A stretch of DNA of 64,000 bases from Octopus vulgaris (Eukaryota): NCBI GenBank assembly GCA_951406725.2, contig OX597831.1, positions 23,312,001-23,376,000 on the forward strand. Direction: 5' to 3'. This document shows positions 1 to 12,940 of this stretch, one piece after another. Below the pieces are notes generated by a model. It saw nothing but the letters and a program-made list of their open reading frames with translations, was not told the origin of the DNA and made no database searches. Each line of letters begins with the position of its first letter. Positions within the stretch are counted from its first letter, which is position 1. Made by a program: the position numbers and the translations under genes.

Positions 1-184
1 ACTTGTCATATATTTAAATGAGGTATTGATTTATTTTGCCAATGTTTTATCAGTTTATTGCTGAGAGAAGCTAAATAAATAAATAAGAGACACAAAGTAA
101 ATTAGAATTTGTTATGAAGATATGAAAATTATTTTGAAGTTACTTGAGGATGTAATTATCATCATCATCATCATCATCGTTTAA

Positions 185-407
185 CCCTTTCATTATTGTA
201 TTTATTTTGAGATGCTCTGTGTTTCTCTCAATTAATTTTAAATATAACAAAAAATTTAGTAAAATAACTTCGTTATAATTAAGCTAGTGCTAGGAACCTT
301 AATTGTGGTTAAGGTTTGGGGGGAAGATTTTTATTCAAAACTTATGGAAACAAGACATTTGTACTACAGAGCCAGAGCCGGTTTCAGCCAGGTTGGTAAT
401 AAAATGG
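185..407. mobile_element. piggyBac-type MITE with TTAA TSD, inserted in an RTE-tail repeat
   Basis: TTAA at 181-184 and 408-411. Imperfect termini CCCTTTCATTAT / GTAATAAAATGG. It splits the host motif catcgtTTAAcgtccgttt. A right-end fragment recurs at 31957-32017. Confidence 0.75.
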
Positions 408-812
408 TTAATGTCCGTTTTCTATGCTGGCATGGGTTGGACGGTTTGACTGAGGTCTGGAGAGCCAGCAGCTGCACCAGGCTCCAATCTGGCTATATTT
501 CAATAGCTGGATGTCCCTCCAAACGCCAACCACTCCAAGAGTGTATTGGGAGCTTTTTATGTTCCACCAACAGAGGAGCCAGTCCGGCGGGTCTGGCATC
601 GATTGCGTTTGGATAGTGCTTTTTATGTGCCACCAGCATGGGAGCCAGTCAGTGGGTACTGGCATCAGCCACGTTCAAATGGAGCTTTTTACGTGCCACT
701 AGCACAGAAGCCAGTCAGAGGGTACTGGCATTGGCCACATTCAGATGGTGCATATTTATGTGCCACCAGCATCGAAGCCAGTCAGGCAAGCCTGGCATCA
801 AACACATTCAGA
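408..812 (-). mobile_element. RTE-LINE 3' tail-derived repeat (family C), with internal ~60-bp subrepeats
   Basis: (CAT)n tail at 159-180, then tgtccgttttctatgctggcatgggttggacgg...gctggatgtccctcc. The same family forms the 3' end of the RTE at 39046-39500. Other copies at about 1810-2058, 8735-8915, 19400-19540, 23240-23560, 26590-26710, 48170-48318, 50945-51284 and 61920-62050. Confidence 0.7.
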
Positions 813-1745
813 TGACACACACACACATATTACACTCTCAGTTTGCAAACAGTAATTATATATATATATATATGTATATATAAATTATACTATTTTATAT
901 AGAGGTTATTAACATTAACAATACTCAGAAACAGGCAAGAATCGAAATGTTCAAATTGAGCTAAGTTCCAATATATAATTTGAATGGATGCAATACGAAC
1001 GGAAAACTAGTGGAACATGACCAATTATCCAATAGAATATTCAATATATATGTGCACTTTCCTCGACATTAATAAATCAATCAATATAAAGTTCGAATAA
1101 TATTAGTATTAAAAACATATAAGCATATAAATATTTAATATTTATATGCGCGCAAATATTTTAAAATATTTAAAAATATGTAGTCCTTTAAAAAAAATAT
1201 ATAAATACATAAATAGATATAAAAAACATCGATATGATATAAGATAAAAACTCGTAGGTATTTAAAAATATTTTAGAATACTCATAAATATATATAAATA
1301 CGCAGGCAAAATAGAAAACATCAATATAATATAAGACATATTGAATTATTAATTCACACGATAAGATACGAGGGAATAAAAATTTACGTGTTACAACACG
1401 GAGTCCAGTGGAAAGTTTGAAATTATAAAACATTAAAATGACATACTAATACACAAAGATAATGTTTATTGGATCCAAAAGTTTCATTGACGGGCTGTTT
1501 CGGAGATGTGTCAGATAATATGACATAAAATTTCATATTTGAAGGAAACAGACGTTCCCCTCATCAGGATGCTGATGTGAAGCATCCTGATGAGGCTACC
1601 TGTTGTCATCTGCAGTTGTGGTACACTTTGGTTTGATTAACTTCAGGAACTTTGCAGTGGCAGTTAGGGTATTATTAGCATTCATTAAGTTTGCTTTTAT
1701 TCATTCTTGAACTGGATGGGCATATAACAAAAAATCTCTATTAAT

Positions 1746-1790
1746 GTACCTGAAGAAACCCAGATTGATCAGTCGAAACATATGTTGTAC
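1746..1790 (+). ncRNA. Minimal type I hammerhead ribozyme motif (PLE-terminus type), helix II degenerate
   Basis: GTAC-CTGAAGA-A-[acccagattgatcagtc]-GAAA, then palindrome ACATATGT, T, and GTAC closing helix I. Confidence 0.55.
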
Positions 1791-2195
1791 CTACTAAAAG
1801 TCTAGATTGTTACCAGTGTTGCCTTACTGGCACCTGTGCCGGTGGCATGTGTAAAAAGATTCGAGCAAGGTCATTGCCAGTGGCACGTAAAAGCACCCAC
1901 TGCACTCTCAGAGTGGTTGGCTTTAGGAAGTACATCCAGCTGTAGAAACTCTGCCAGATCAAGATTGGAGCCTGGTGCAGCCATCTGCTTCGCCAGCCCT
2001 CAGTCAAAATCGTCCAACCAATGCCAGCATGAAAAGTGGACGTTAAACGAAACGATGATAGTATATATATATATACACACACACACACACATACATACCT
2101 ACATATACTGTGTGTATATTTATACTTACATATATAATATATGATGATGATGATGATGATGATATATATATGTGTGTGTGTGTGTATCCTTTTAT

Positions 2196-2462
2196 TCTTT
2201 CACTCTTTTACTTGTTTACGCCAACACCACTTGTCAATCAGTGGTGGAGGACGAACACAGAACACAGACACAAAAACCCTGCTCCCTCACATATATATAC
2301 TTATATGACGGGCTTCTCTCAGTTTCTGTCTGACTCATCCACTCACAAGGTTTTTGTTGAACCGAGGCTTTAGTAAAACACACTTGCCCAAGGTTCTATG
2401 CAGTGGGACTGAACTTGGAACCATGCTGTTTGGAAACAAACTATTTACCACAGAGCTATGCC
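2196..2462 (-). mobile_element. tRNA-derived SINE family A, decayed copy
   Basis: Reverse complement of the family A consensus (cacttgcccaagg, cagtgggactgaac). Confidence 0.75.
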
Positions 2463-2524
2463 TAATATATGTGTAGATATTTATGCATAAATTTGTGAGA
2501 ATAAATATATATAAGTATGCATAT

Positions 2525-3168
2525 GGGGAGGTGGTAATTCAATTACATCGACCCCAGTGTGTAACTGGTACTTAATTTTTTGACCCCAAAAGGATGAAAG
2601 GCAAATTTGATGTCAATAATAATAATAATCCTTTCTACTGAAGGCACAAGGCTTGAAATTTAGGGGAAGGGGACTAGTGGATAACATCGACCCCAGTGTG
2701 TAACTGGTACTTAATTTATTGACCCCGAAAGGATGAAAGGCAAAGTTGATGTCAATGATAATAATAATCCTTTCTACTGATGACACAAGGCCTGAAATTT
2801 AGGGGAAGTGACTAGTTGATAACATAGACCCCAATGTGTAACTGGTACATAATTTATTGACCCCAAAAGGATGTGAGAGGCAAAGTCGACCGTAGAAGAA
2901 TTTGGACTCAGAACGTATCAACAGGTGAAACACCACTTTGCATTTCTGCCATTGTGCTAATGCTTCTGCCAAGGCCTTGAAATTTCGAGGAGGGGGGTAG
3001 TCAGTCATATTAATTGCAGTACTTGACTGATATTTATTTTATTGATCCCAAAAGGATGAAATGCAAAGTCGACCTTGACAGAATTTGAACTCAGAACGTA
3101 AAGCTGGAAGAAATGCTGCCAAGCATTTAGTCCAGTATATTAACAGTTCTTCCAATGCGCCATCTTAA
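2525..3168 (-). mobile_element. SINE family B multimer
   Basis: Four repeats of gaccccagtgtgtaactggtacttaatttattgaccccgaaaggatgaaaggcaaagt. Confidence 0.8.
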
Positions 3169-4053
3169 CAACAACAACAACGACATTACAATTACATTAT
3201 AATTACATCAGCATCAATAACAACAACAAAATCAACAGCAACTTCAGTTAGTGCCTCCGAATTTTATTTTGTCATTTAAAAAATTTTTTTGATTTTTTTT
3301 TTTTTTTTTTTTCACCTTTACATTAAAATTTAAAAAGATATAAAACTCGGAAACATATATATTGCAAATGAGAGGTATCAACATTTAAAGCTTTAGAAAA
3401 ATAAAAATGGAAAAAAAAATACCACTAAGCATTTCCGCCATTGTGCTAAAGATTCTGCCAAGGCCTTGAAATTTGTAGGGAGGGGTAGTCTGTCACATCA
3501 AACCCAGTATTTGACTGGTATTTATTTTATTGATCCTGAGAGGATGAAAGGCAAAGTCGACCTTGGCAGAATTTGAACTTAGAATGTTGCGACAGGTGAA
3601 ATACCTATTTCTTTACTACCCACAAGGGGCTAAACACAGAGGGGACAAACAAGGACAGACAAAGGGATTAAGTCGATTACATCGACCCCAGTGTGTAACT
3701 GGTACTTATTTAATCGACTCCGAAAGGATGAATGGCAAAGTTGACCTGGGCAGAATTTGAAATCAGAACGTAAAGCTGGAACGTAAAACTCGCCATCTTA
3801 ACAACAACGACATTACAATTACATTACAATTACATCAGCATCAATAACAAGAACAAAATCAACAGCGACTTTAGTTAGTGCCTCCCAATTTTATTTTGTC
3901 ATTTAAAAAATATTTTTGATTTTTTTTTTTTTTTTTTCACCTTTACATTAAAATTAAAAAAGATATAAAACTCGGAAACATATATATTGCAAATGAGAGG
4001 TATCAACATTTAAAGCTTTAGAAAAAGAAAAATTGGAAAAAAAAAAAAATACC
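2933..4053. repeat. Local tandem duplication of a SINE B copy plus ~250 bp AT-rich flank
   Basis: 3160-3424 is nearly identical to 3791-4053. Copy 2 carries an extra SINE B body at about 3606-3785. Confidence 0.85.
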
Positions 4054-4244
4054 AAAAAATGATAAAAATGCTTCAGACAGCAATCTTTTAAAATATCTCA
4101 ACAATCAAATTCCATTATTATTTTTTTTCTTTCTTTCTTTCCAGCAATTCCATTCCATTAATCAAATAAATCATTGTATTAGTTAAAAGTTTTAATAATA
4201 CCATCAGTGTTAAGTTACACGGCAATGGGTGAGGAACTGGCAAG

Positions 4245-5745
4245 GGCAGTGGTGGTGGTGGTGGTGGTGGTGGTTGAAATAAAGGGTGGATGGAGAAGAT
4301 GTAGAAGGAGTGGAACGAGTGGTGGTGGTAGTGGCTGTGTAGAGGGTGTGGTTGTGGTTGTGGTGGCGGTGAAGGTGGTGGTGGGTTAGCTTCTGACATC
4401 CATCTTTGGTGTATGACAACCATTATCATTCATTCCTGTCTGCAGTTATTTTCCTAGTCTATGGTTATTTCTTTATAGTTGCCATCGTCATTGTCATCAT
4501 CATCACCAACATCATCATCATCATCATCACCAACATCATCATCATCTTCACCATCATTGTCATCATCATCATCAGCAGCAGCAGCATCTTTGTCATCATC
4601 ATCCTCCCCATCATCATCATCATTGTCATCATCATTATCATTATACCATTGTCCTCATAATCATCATCACCATCGTCATCATTGTCGTCATCTGTTTTTT
4701 TTTTCTTCCTCTTCTCCATTTGACATACCAGATCATAATCCATAAATCGCCACCTGCCCGTCTCTCTCCTTCTTTTAACCTTCTTACCTGTTGTTTCCCC
4801 ACTCACCATCACCACCACCACCACCACCACCACCACCACCACTACCATCACTGTTGTCGCTGTCACCATCATCATCATCATCACTGCCACCAACACCCTC
4901 ATCACCATCACTATCATCATCATCATCATCAGAGTCATTATTATTATTATTATTATTATTGTTAGTATCATTATCCTCGTCATTATACATTATCACCATC
5001 ATAATTATCCCCTGTCGTCCTCCCCTTCCCCGCTCCTCCTGATCACCATCACCATCATCGTCATCATCATCATCATCATCATCATCATCGTTGTCATAGT
5101 GGTTATCACCCCATCACTTTTATTACTGAAACTGCTATCAATTTGAAGATCAGATCGTCATCATCTTCATTATGATTATTCTTTCTCACCCTTAACCATT
5201 ACAGCCACCATAATTACCATCTCTTAAAATTCATCACCGCCACCATCATCATCATCACCATCACCATCATCATCACTCTCACCATCATCATCATCACCAT
5301 CATCATCACTCTCACCATCATCATCCACATTATCATCATTGACATCACCACCACCATCATCATTATCATCATCACCACCACCACATCCCCCAAATCTCAT
5401 CACCACTATCCTCGTCATTATACATTATCACCATCATAATTATCCCCTGTCATCCTTCCCCCTCTTCCTCCTGATCATCATCATCCTCATCCCTACCACC
5501 ACCACCATCATTGTTATCATCGTCAATGTCTTCATCATAATCATAACTATCACTGACATCTTCATCATCATCAATTTTTGCATCATCATCCTCTTGATCA
5601 TCACCAGCAAGATCATTCCATGAACGTTATCATCATTATTGAGTCCTGCCATTATTCATCACTCTCGTTGTAATTATCACCCTTCACTTTTCTTATCACC
5701 ATTATCATTATTTTTTAACCACCATCACCATCACAGTCACCATCC
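4245..5745. repeat. Low-complexity (GGT)n/(CAT)n/(CAC)n trinucleotide field
   Basis: Direct inspection; this is the source of the poly-His/Ser/Met ORFs. Confidence 0.95.
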
Positions 5746-5787
5746 TAAATAGAATTATATCAATGTCTTCCAATATTTTATCACTGT

Positions 5788-5988
5788 AAGGCAGCGAGCT
5801 GGAAGAATTATCAGCATATGCCAGCCGAAAATGCTCAGCGGTATTTCATCCATCTTCATGTACTGGGTTCAAATTCTGCCTAAGTTGATGATATTTCACT
5901 TTTTTGGAGTCAATAAAATAAGTACCAGTTGTATAATGAGGGCCTCTTCCCTGAAAAAAATTGCTGGCTTTGTGTTAAAATTTGAAAC
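5788..5988 (+). mobile_element. SINE family B, diverged full copy
   Basis: aaggcagcgagctggaagaatt...ggttcaaattctgcc...aagtaccagt...aaaatttgaaac. Confidence 0.75.
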
Positions 5989-6061
5989 TGAAATTCTTTC
6001 ACTGCCATTGTGTCGTCATCAACCATCTGCGTTTTCTTGACCATTATTGATATTTCTGTCA

Positions 6062-6335
6062 GCACCACACACACTCACCACCACCACTACTGTCACTACC
6101 ACTACAACCTCTACTGCCACTGCCACCACCACCACCACATCAATGATGACGACCACCATATCCACCACCCTCACCACCTCCATCACCCCCACCACCTCTA
6201 CCTCCACCATCACACCATCACCACAACCTCCATCACCCCCACCTCCTCTACCTCAACCATCACACCATCACCACCACCACCAACACATTTACCCCCACCA
6301 CCACTACTACCACTACCACCACTATCACTATCTTC
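6062..6335. repeat. (CAC)n/(CAT)n low-complexity tract
   Basis: Direct inspection. Confidence 0.9.
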
Positions 6336-7584
6336 ATATATGTACGACTAGGGGTACATATATAAACAGGGACCCAAATGAGGTGCAACAGTCAAACCTT
6401 CAAATGCCCATGGTAGTATCTACAGCAAATACATTTGCTCTGCCTACCACAGTGTTAGCAACATATTCCAACATTACTTCATCATGAAGATGCGACTGCA
6501 GAGGACCAGATTGAGGAATATGGAAACATTACAATTCCAAACAAACAGAAAGGAATTCGTTCATACAAAAATAGAAAAGTAAAAGTAGAATTTCACATCC
6601 ACAAATTCTTGATAAAGGACTTCAATGAATGCTAAATCTAGAAAACAATCATATTTTCAAAAGAATGTATCTAAAAGAAAATTTGTTTTGCATCATATAT
6701 CTGTCTGTCCGTCTATCTATCTGTCTATCCCTCTTTCTCTCTTTTTATCTCTCTATATATATTCATTATATATATATATTCATCATCATATATATATATA
6801 TATATATATAAATATATATATATCATTACAATCAAGGAACGGCCATAATAGGCCATTCACCCACTAGAAATAACAGCCAAAGCTTCAACTGCAAAATAAC
6901 ATTAATTCCGCAAACCAGGAGAAAATTAAAAAACATTTACCCTGTAATTTCTTATACGATGCACCGTTTCATCTACTGTTTAATGGTAAACTAACCTGAT
7001 TAAATTAAATCAAGCCAATCTTCCATAGGCCCTTAGATTCGTCAGTAAGAAATAGCCAGATCGGAACAGATATTTTCACGAGGCATTTCTGTCCCTGCCT
7101 CGGCAATATCAGACCTAAAATTTTCAAATCATCGCACTCGCGCCAAATTTATCGGCAGCAAATAAATATAAGCCGCCGATTCCATTACGGAATTAACGAG
7201 AAAATTCATAATTAATCAATATATTGATTAATTATATATATATATATATATATTCATATACATATATATACATACATACATATATATATATAAATTCATA
7301 TAAAAAGATATTTATATCCCTATAAGATACATACATATATATAAAAAGAAATAAATATATATATATATATATAATGTGTGTGTGTGTGTGTGCACACACA
7401 CACACACACATACATGCACATACACACACATAGAAACAGAATGAATACATCCAGATAAAGCTTATGGTGTCTAGTTAAGCAGACAAGTAAGATAAGATTT
7501 TCCTTCTGTTGTAATACTACTATCATAAGATATCATGAGAAATCCAGCACCAAGACATAAGAATAAAAAAAATATGTGAGTATA

Positions 7585-7620
<36 letters not shown>

Positions 7621-7753
7621 TGTATGTATGTATGTATGTATGTGTATAGTGAGGGAGCGGAATTGACAAAAGACAATCAGAGAACAGTAAGTACGGATTT
7701 ACATAAGGTAAAATTGAGCACCCAAGTATGTTATGTAGAGTATAAATAAATAA

Positions 7754-7822
<69 letters not shown>

Positions 7823-7960
7823 TATATACATATATATATACATACACATATATATACATATATATATACATACACATATATATACATATATATATATATA
7901 CATATATATATGTATATATATGTGTATGTATATATATATGTATATATATATATATAAATA

Positions 7961-8119
7961 TAGGTGCAGACTTGGCTGTGTGGTAAGAAGATTGCTTCCC
8001 AACCTCATGGGTTCAGTCCCACTGCAAGTTACCTTGGGCAAGTGTCTTCTACTATAGCCTCAGGCCAACCAAAACCTTGCGAATGCATTTGGTAGACAGA
8101 AACTGAAAGAAGTCCCTTG

Positions 8120-8184
<65 letters not shown>

Positions 8185-8610
8185 ATATATATATCTATCT
8201 ATGTATGTATGTATGTACGTGATTCGTTGTGTCTGTGGTTTGTCCCCTACTGTTGTTAAAATTTGAAACTGAAATTCTGTCACTGCCATTGTGTCATCAA
8301 CCATCTGTGTTGTCTTGACCATTATTGATATTTCTGTCATCACCACACAGACTCACCGCCACTTCCACTACAACCTCTAGTGCCACTGCCACCACCACAT
8401 CACTACCTCTATGATTACGACTGTTGCTTGACAGCCAATGTTGGTGTGTTTATGTCCTATGTAACTTAGAAGTTTCGCAAAAGCGACTGATAGTATAAGT
8501 AATAGGTTTACAAAAAATAAGTCCTGGGGTTGATTTGTTCGACTAAAAGGTGGTGCTCGCTCCAGCGTGGCCACAGTCAAATGACTGAAACAAGTAACAG
8601 AGTAAAAGAA
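7961..8610 (+). mobile_element. SINE family A interrupted by a templated insertion (8256-8419)
   Basis: Head aggtgcagacttggctgtgtggtaag, CORE-like ccttgggcaagt, internal (TA)n(TG)n, tail gaaacaagtaacagagtaaaag. Confidence 0.85.
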
Positions 8611-8912
8611 TATATATATATATGGTGGCTGCCCCCTCGTTATCGAGTATGGCCATTGCACAAAGTTTAATTGATGTTGTTATCGTGCAATTCCTGTGCA
8701 AGATATATATACATATATATATACTCCTCCTCCTCATCATCATCGTTTAACGTCCGTTTTCCATGCTAGCATGGGTTGGACGGTTTGATCGGGGCCTAGG
8801 AAACCAGGAGGCTGCACCAGGCTCCAGTCTGATCTGGCAACGTTTCTACAGCTGGATGCCCTTCCTAATGCCAACAATTCCATGAGTGTAGTGGGTGCTT
8901 TTTATGCACTAC

Positions 8913-8966
<54 letters not shown>

Positions 8967-8970
<4 letters not shown>

Positions 8971-9494
8971 ATTGTATAACATCCGTTCTGTCTGTCTGTC
9001 TGTGTGTGTCTTCCAGTATCTCAGGCATCCTCCATCTGATTGCGCTCAAATTTGATATGTAGATACTGACGGTATCAGGGCATGTATAAGTCTTGAAAAA
9101 ATTACAAAAATCGATTCCAGATGAGAATGCGATCGATAAAGCTGTGGGAATGTGCATTTGTACATGCAAATACATCAGCAATTGCGATCAATACTACGCG
9201 AGAAAAATGCACATGCAGTTTGCGCTAAAAATGCCACAAAATGAAATATATTTAAAAGACCAAAAAAAGTAAGATGCAAAAGAGATATTTTCTTCAAACT
9301 TGGCATGAAGGAAGGAAAGACTATTTGGTTTCTCAAGAAATTTTTTTTTTGCCTTAACTTTGTTTAACAAAACCCAAAATTTCATTGTAATAAAGGCATG
9401 CTTAATTATTTTTTAATGAAAAGAAAACACTGATTGCTTTTTATTCAGCCAATATGATTCAGCACCGTCCATTGGACAGGGGGTGTTTTGCTCA
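8967..9494 (+). mobile_element. Non-autonomous Helitron-like element
   Basis: 5' TCTATTGTATAA start followed by (CTGT)n. 3' hairpin ccgtcca-t-tggacagg about 11 nt before a degenerate CTAG (CTCA). The first ~170 bp recur at 18815-18982. Confidence 0.6.
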
Positions 9495-10664
9495 TATATA
9501 TATATTTACACACACACACAGATACAGACACACACATGCATATCAAGCTTCTGTAGCATCTAAGTGACTTGGAATACAATATTTTCTCTTGTACAGAATC
9601 CCATTCAGTCACAATTTTAATCACCAGCTGTTGTTGGTGCTCGTTTTCAGCAAGGAGGGTGGGCTAGAGTAAAGGGATAAGTGTGTTAAAATATTCAACT
9701 ACAATCACAACACACAGGATCCCCATCTTGTCAGCTGTATATCAGTCTACTTCGGTTTTGACTAAGCGTGCTAGTCATAAATAGGTTGATGTAGATAGAT
9801 GTCTACATCAATAAATACATCGATGTAGGAGAGCACTTCAAGTTTACTTCATCCGCTTTTTATATATATAAATATAAATATTTTTTTTTGTCAATATTTT
9901 GAAATTTCAAATTAAGATATTTTTGTTGGTTGAAGTCTGAGATGAATTTGAAAATTCAAATTAGAATGTTGTTTTAAAATAGAAATTAAATTTTAAACTT
10001 GTATTGAAAAATTACATCAAAAATACTGAAAGATGGATTTAAATTGACAATTTGCTGTTTTTAAATTGAATTTTGATTAAATTTGCAAACTGAAATTTCT
10101 CTGATGTTCACTCTGATTTTGGTCATGGAAATACATTTTATCAACTTGGAATATTCAAAGTCTAAAGAAAATTTAACCAAAAAATGATAATCTGAAAGTG
10201 ATTTTTTTAAAAACAAATTATCGGAATATTTTACAAAGACAGAATTTCAATTTTTTATTGAGGAAATTTTTAAACAAGTTTGTTAATGAGAAAGGCTCAG
10301 CATGATTACTTGACTTGCTAAAAATAATATGCAAATTCCTCTCGTATCACATCCTGCTATCATCTATAAAAAGGGGAAGAGACATTGAATGATGTTGTCC
10401 AAGATAAACTTAGTTATTAACAAGCAAATAGTAAAGATGTTCAGACAAATAAATTTTGTTTTCTGTATATGGTAGGAAAAAGTGTGGCATGTGATAAGAA
10501 GGTTGCTCTCCAACTACATGGTTCTAGGTTCGTTTCTATTGTGTGGCATCTTGGTGAAGCATCTTCTGCTGTAGCCCCAGGTTAATCAATCAGCTGCATT
10601 TTCCACGTTTTGTTTGTGTCTGTTGACAGACTTCCAATATATTTTTAACACCATACAACCCATG

Positions 10665-10757
10665 ATTCCCTCCTCCTCATCTCCATCAACTTCTTCCTCT
10701 TTGACCTCCTCCATTTCATCCCCTTCTTCTTCTCCTCCTTCTTCTTCTTCTTCTTCT

Positions 10758-10792
<35 letters not shown>

Positions 10793-11372
10793 TTCTTCAT
10801 CCTCTTCTTCTTCTTCTTCTTCTTCCTCCTCCTCTTCTTCTTCTTCTTCTTCTTCTTCTTCTTCCACCTCTTCTTCGTCTTCTTCCTCCTCCTCCTCCTC
10901 CTCCTCCTTCTTCTTCTCCATCTTCTTCCACCTCTTCTTCTTCTTCTTCTTCTCCTTCTTCTCCTTCCTCCTCCTCCTCCTCTTCTTCTCCTTCTTCTTC
11001 CTCCTCTTCTTCTTCTTCTTCTTCTTCTTCTTCTTCCTCCTCTTCTTCTTCCTCGTTTTCTTCCTCTTCCTCCTCTTCTTCTTCTTCTTCTTCTTCCTCG
11101 TTTTCTTCGTCTTCGTCTTCTTCCCCCTCCTCCTCCTCCTCCTCCTCCTCTTCTTCTTCTTTTTCTTCTTCTTCTTCCTCGTCTTCTTTGTCTTCGTCTT
11201 CCTCCTCCTCCTCCTCCTCCTCCCCCTTCTTCTTCTTCTTCTTCTTCTTCTTCTTCGTCTTCATCTTCATCTTCTTCTTCTTCTTCCTCGTCTTTTTCGT
11301 CTTCTTCTTCTTCTTCTTCTTCTTCTTCTTCTTCTTCTTCTCCGTCGTCTTCTCCTTCTCCTCCACCTCCTC
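10665..11372. repeat. ~700-bp (CTT/CCT)n polypyrimidine tract
   Basis: Direct inspection. Confidence 0.95.
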
Positions 11373-11951
11373 ATGGCTGTTTTATTTTATTTTTTTTCTC
11401 CAAACTGATCAATCTGGTCGCTGCAGCACATTACCAGCCAGGCAGCCAGCCAGCCAGCCATAATCTTCATCCATTCCCACTGACTTATAGTCTTCATGGT
11501 AATTCTCTTCTCATAATGTCCTTGTTTATAATATGATTCTAGTACAAAATTTTATGGATTCTTCTTCAGCACTTTTAGTGAAAAACACACATTTTTTTTC
11601 TTGATTTCCAAATAATTGTCTGTATTTATTGCAATATATTACATCGTATAAATAAATGTTTATGACAACCATTCATAGTACAAACCATTGTCAACCAATA
11701 TTTGATTCCAATTATGGTATGTTCATACAGTATTCACTTTTTCTCTCTGGCATTGTACAATGAAACCTAGTAAAGGTTATTAGTTCTGTATACAATGCAC
11801 TTTAGCACAGATTCAGTTTACCAAACTCTTTTCACAATGTAAGGGTCAAAATATGAGAAAAGTTCAATGTAGGAGAATTCAGACCAAAGCCAAGTCGTTG
11901 TGAAACAAATATCTTAACCACATCGTCATTTGCACATGATTTCTGAACAAT

Positions 11952-12268
11952 CGCGGGTGTGGTTGCGCGGTAAGATGCTTGTTTCACAACCACATAATTC
12001 TGGGTTCCCCTGCATAACACCTTGAGCAAGTGCTTCGTACTATGGCCTCAAGCTAATCATTTGTCATGTGAGTGGATTTGGAAGACTGAAACTGAAAGAA
12101 GCTCATTGTGTGTGTATATATATATATGTCGACTTTGCCTTGCATCCTTTCGGGGTCGATAAATTAAGTACCAGTTACGCACTGGTGTCGATATAATCGA
12201 CTTAATCCATTTGTCTGTCCTTGTTTGTCCTCTCTGTGTTTAGCCCCTCGTGGTTAGTAAAGAAATAG
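11952..12268 (+). mobile_element. SINE A 5' half followed by SINE B 3' half
   Basis: gtggttgcgcggtaagatgcttg...ccttgagcaagtg, then gtcgactttgccttgcatcctttcggggtcgataaa...aaagaaatag. Confidence 0.75.
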
Positions 12269-12292
12269 AAATATATATATATATGTATGTAT

Positions 12293-12325
<33 letters not shown>

Positions 12326-12391
12326 CACACACATATATATATACATGTATATATATCTTCATTATCATGATCTTCATACTCATTATCATAA

Positions 12392-12718
12392 TCATCATCA
12401 TCCAGTGTTCTAAATCCGTGATTTGTCCCCATTAACGGTGGTGGCCAGATCTACCTCAATGCCATAGCAACTGAGGTATGCAGGTGCAGCCCACCTCCAA
12501 ACTTTGGGCTGGCCAGTACACATTCTCCCTTGCTATCATGAGGCTATTTTGGAGCTGGATTTTCTACAGGGAGCATGACCTTGCTTACCTCCAACCTCAG
12601 TTTCTAGACATGGGTGGTCCCGAGACCTAGGCCTCTACCACTATTTTTAAGAATATGGTGGAAAACTAGCTCAGGAAGGCAGGGACGCTACTCCCTGGGA
12701 CCTCTCTTGGAGACCGCT
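12392..12718 (-). mobile_element. Retroposon 3'-end repeat (family E) with (GAT)n tail
   Basis: A diverged second copy lies at 29381-29680. The (CAT)n tail and gctggattttctac motif resemble RTE-type tails. Confidence 0.6.
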
Positions 12719-12723
12719 ACCTA

Positions 12724-12940
12724 TATATACTTGAAATCTACAAAAAGACAAAAGATGAAAGCAGGTGTATAAATAACAAGCAAGTGTATTATTTTGCTGC
12801 TCAGGAAGGTGAGAAAGTCTTTTATGTTTCAAGCCTGAGATTTTCAACAGAAAGGAACATGAGAAAATAAATAGAGAGCAAATAAAAAGAGAGAGAATAA
12901 AACGAGAGAGAAAAAAACTTGTGAATTTAACAGTCAATCA
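12724..12940 (-). mobile_element. PLE-terminus-like remnant in (TA)n, with decayed hammerhead (12819-12854)
   Basis: Same layout as 61659-61850. Minus strand reads CTTT-CTGTTGA-A-...-GAAACAT-A-AAAG. Confidence 0.4.

Noticed and set aside
4118-6487. His/Pro/Thr/Met/Asp-rich ORFs
   Set aside because: Translations of (CAT)n/(CAC)n repeats that are open in several frames on both strands, with no domain or splice support.
10586-11463. Poly-Glu/Lys/Ser/Phe ORFs up to 264 aa
   Set aside because: Produced by the (CTT)n tract.
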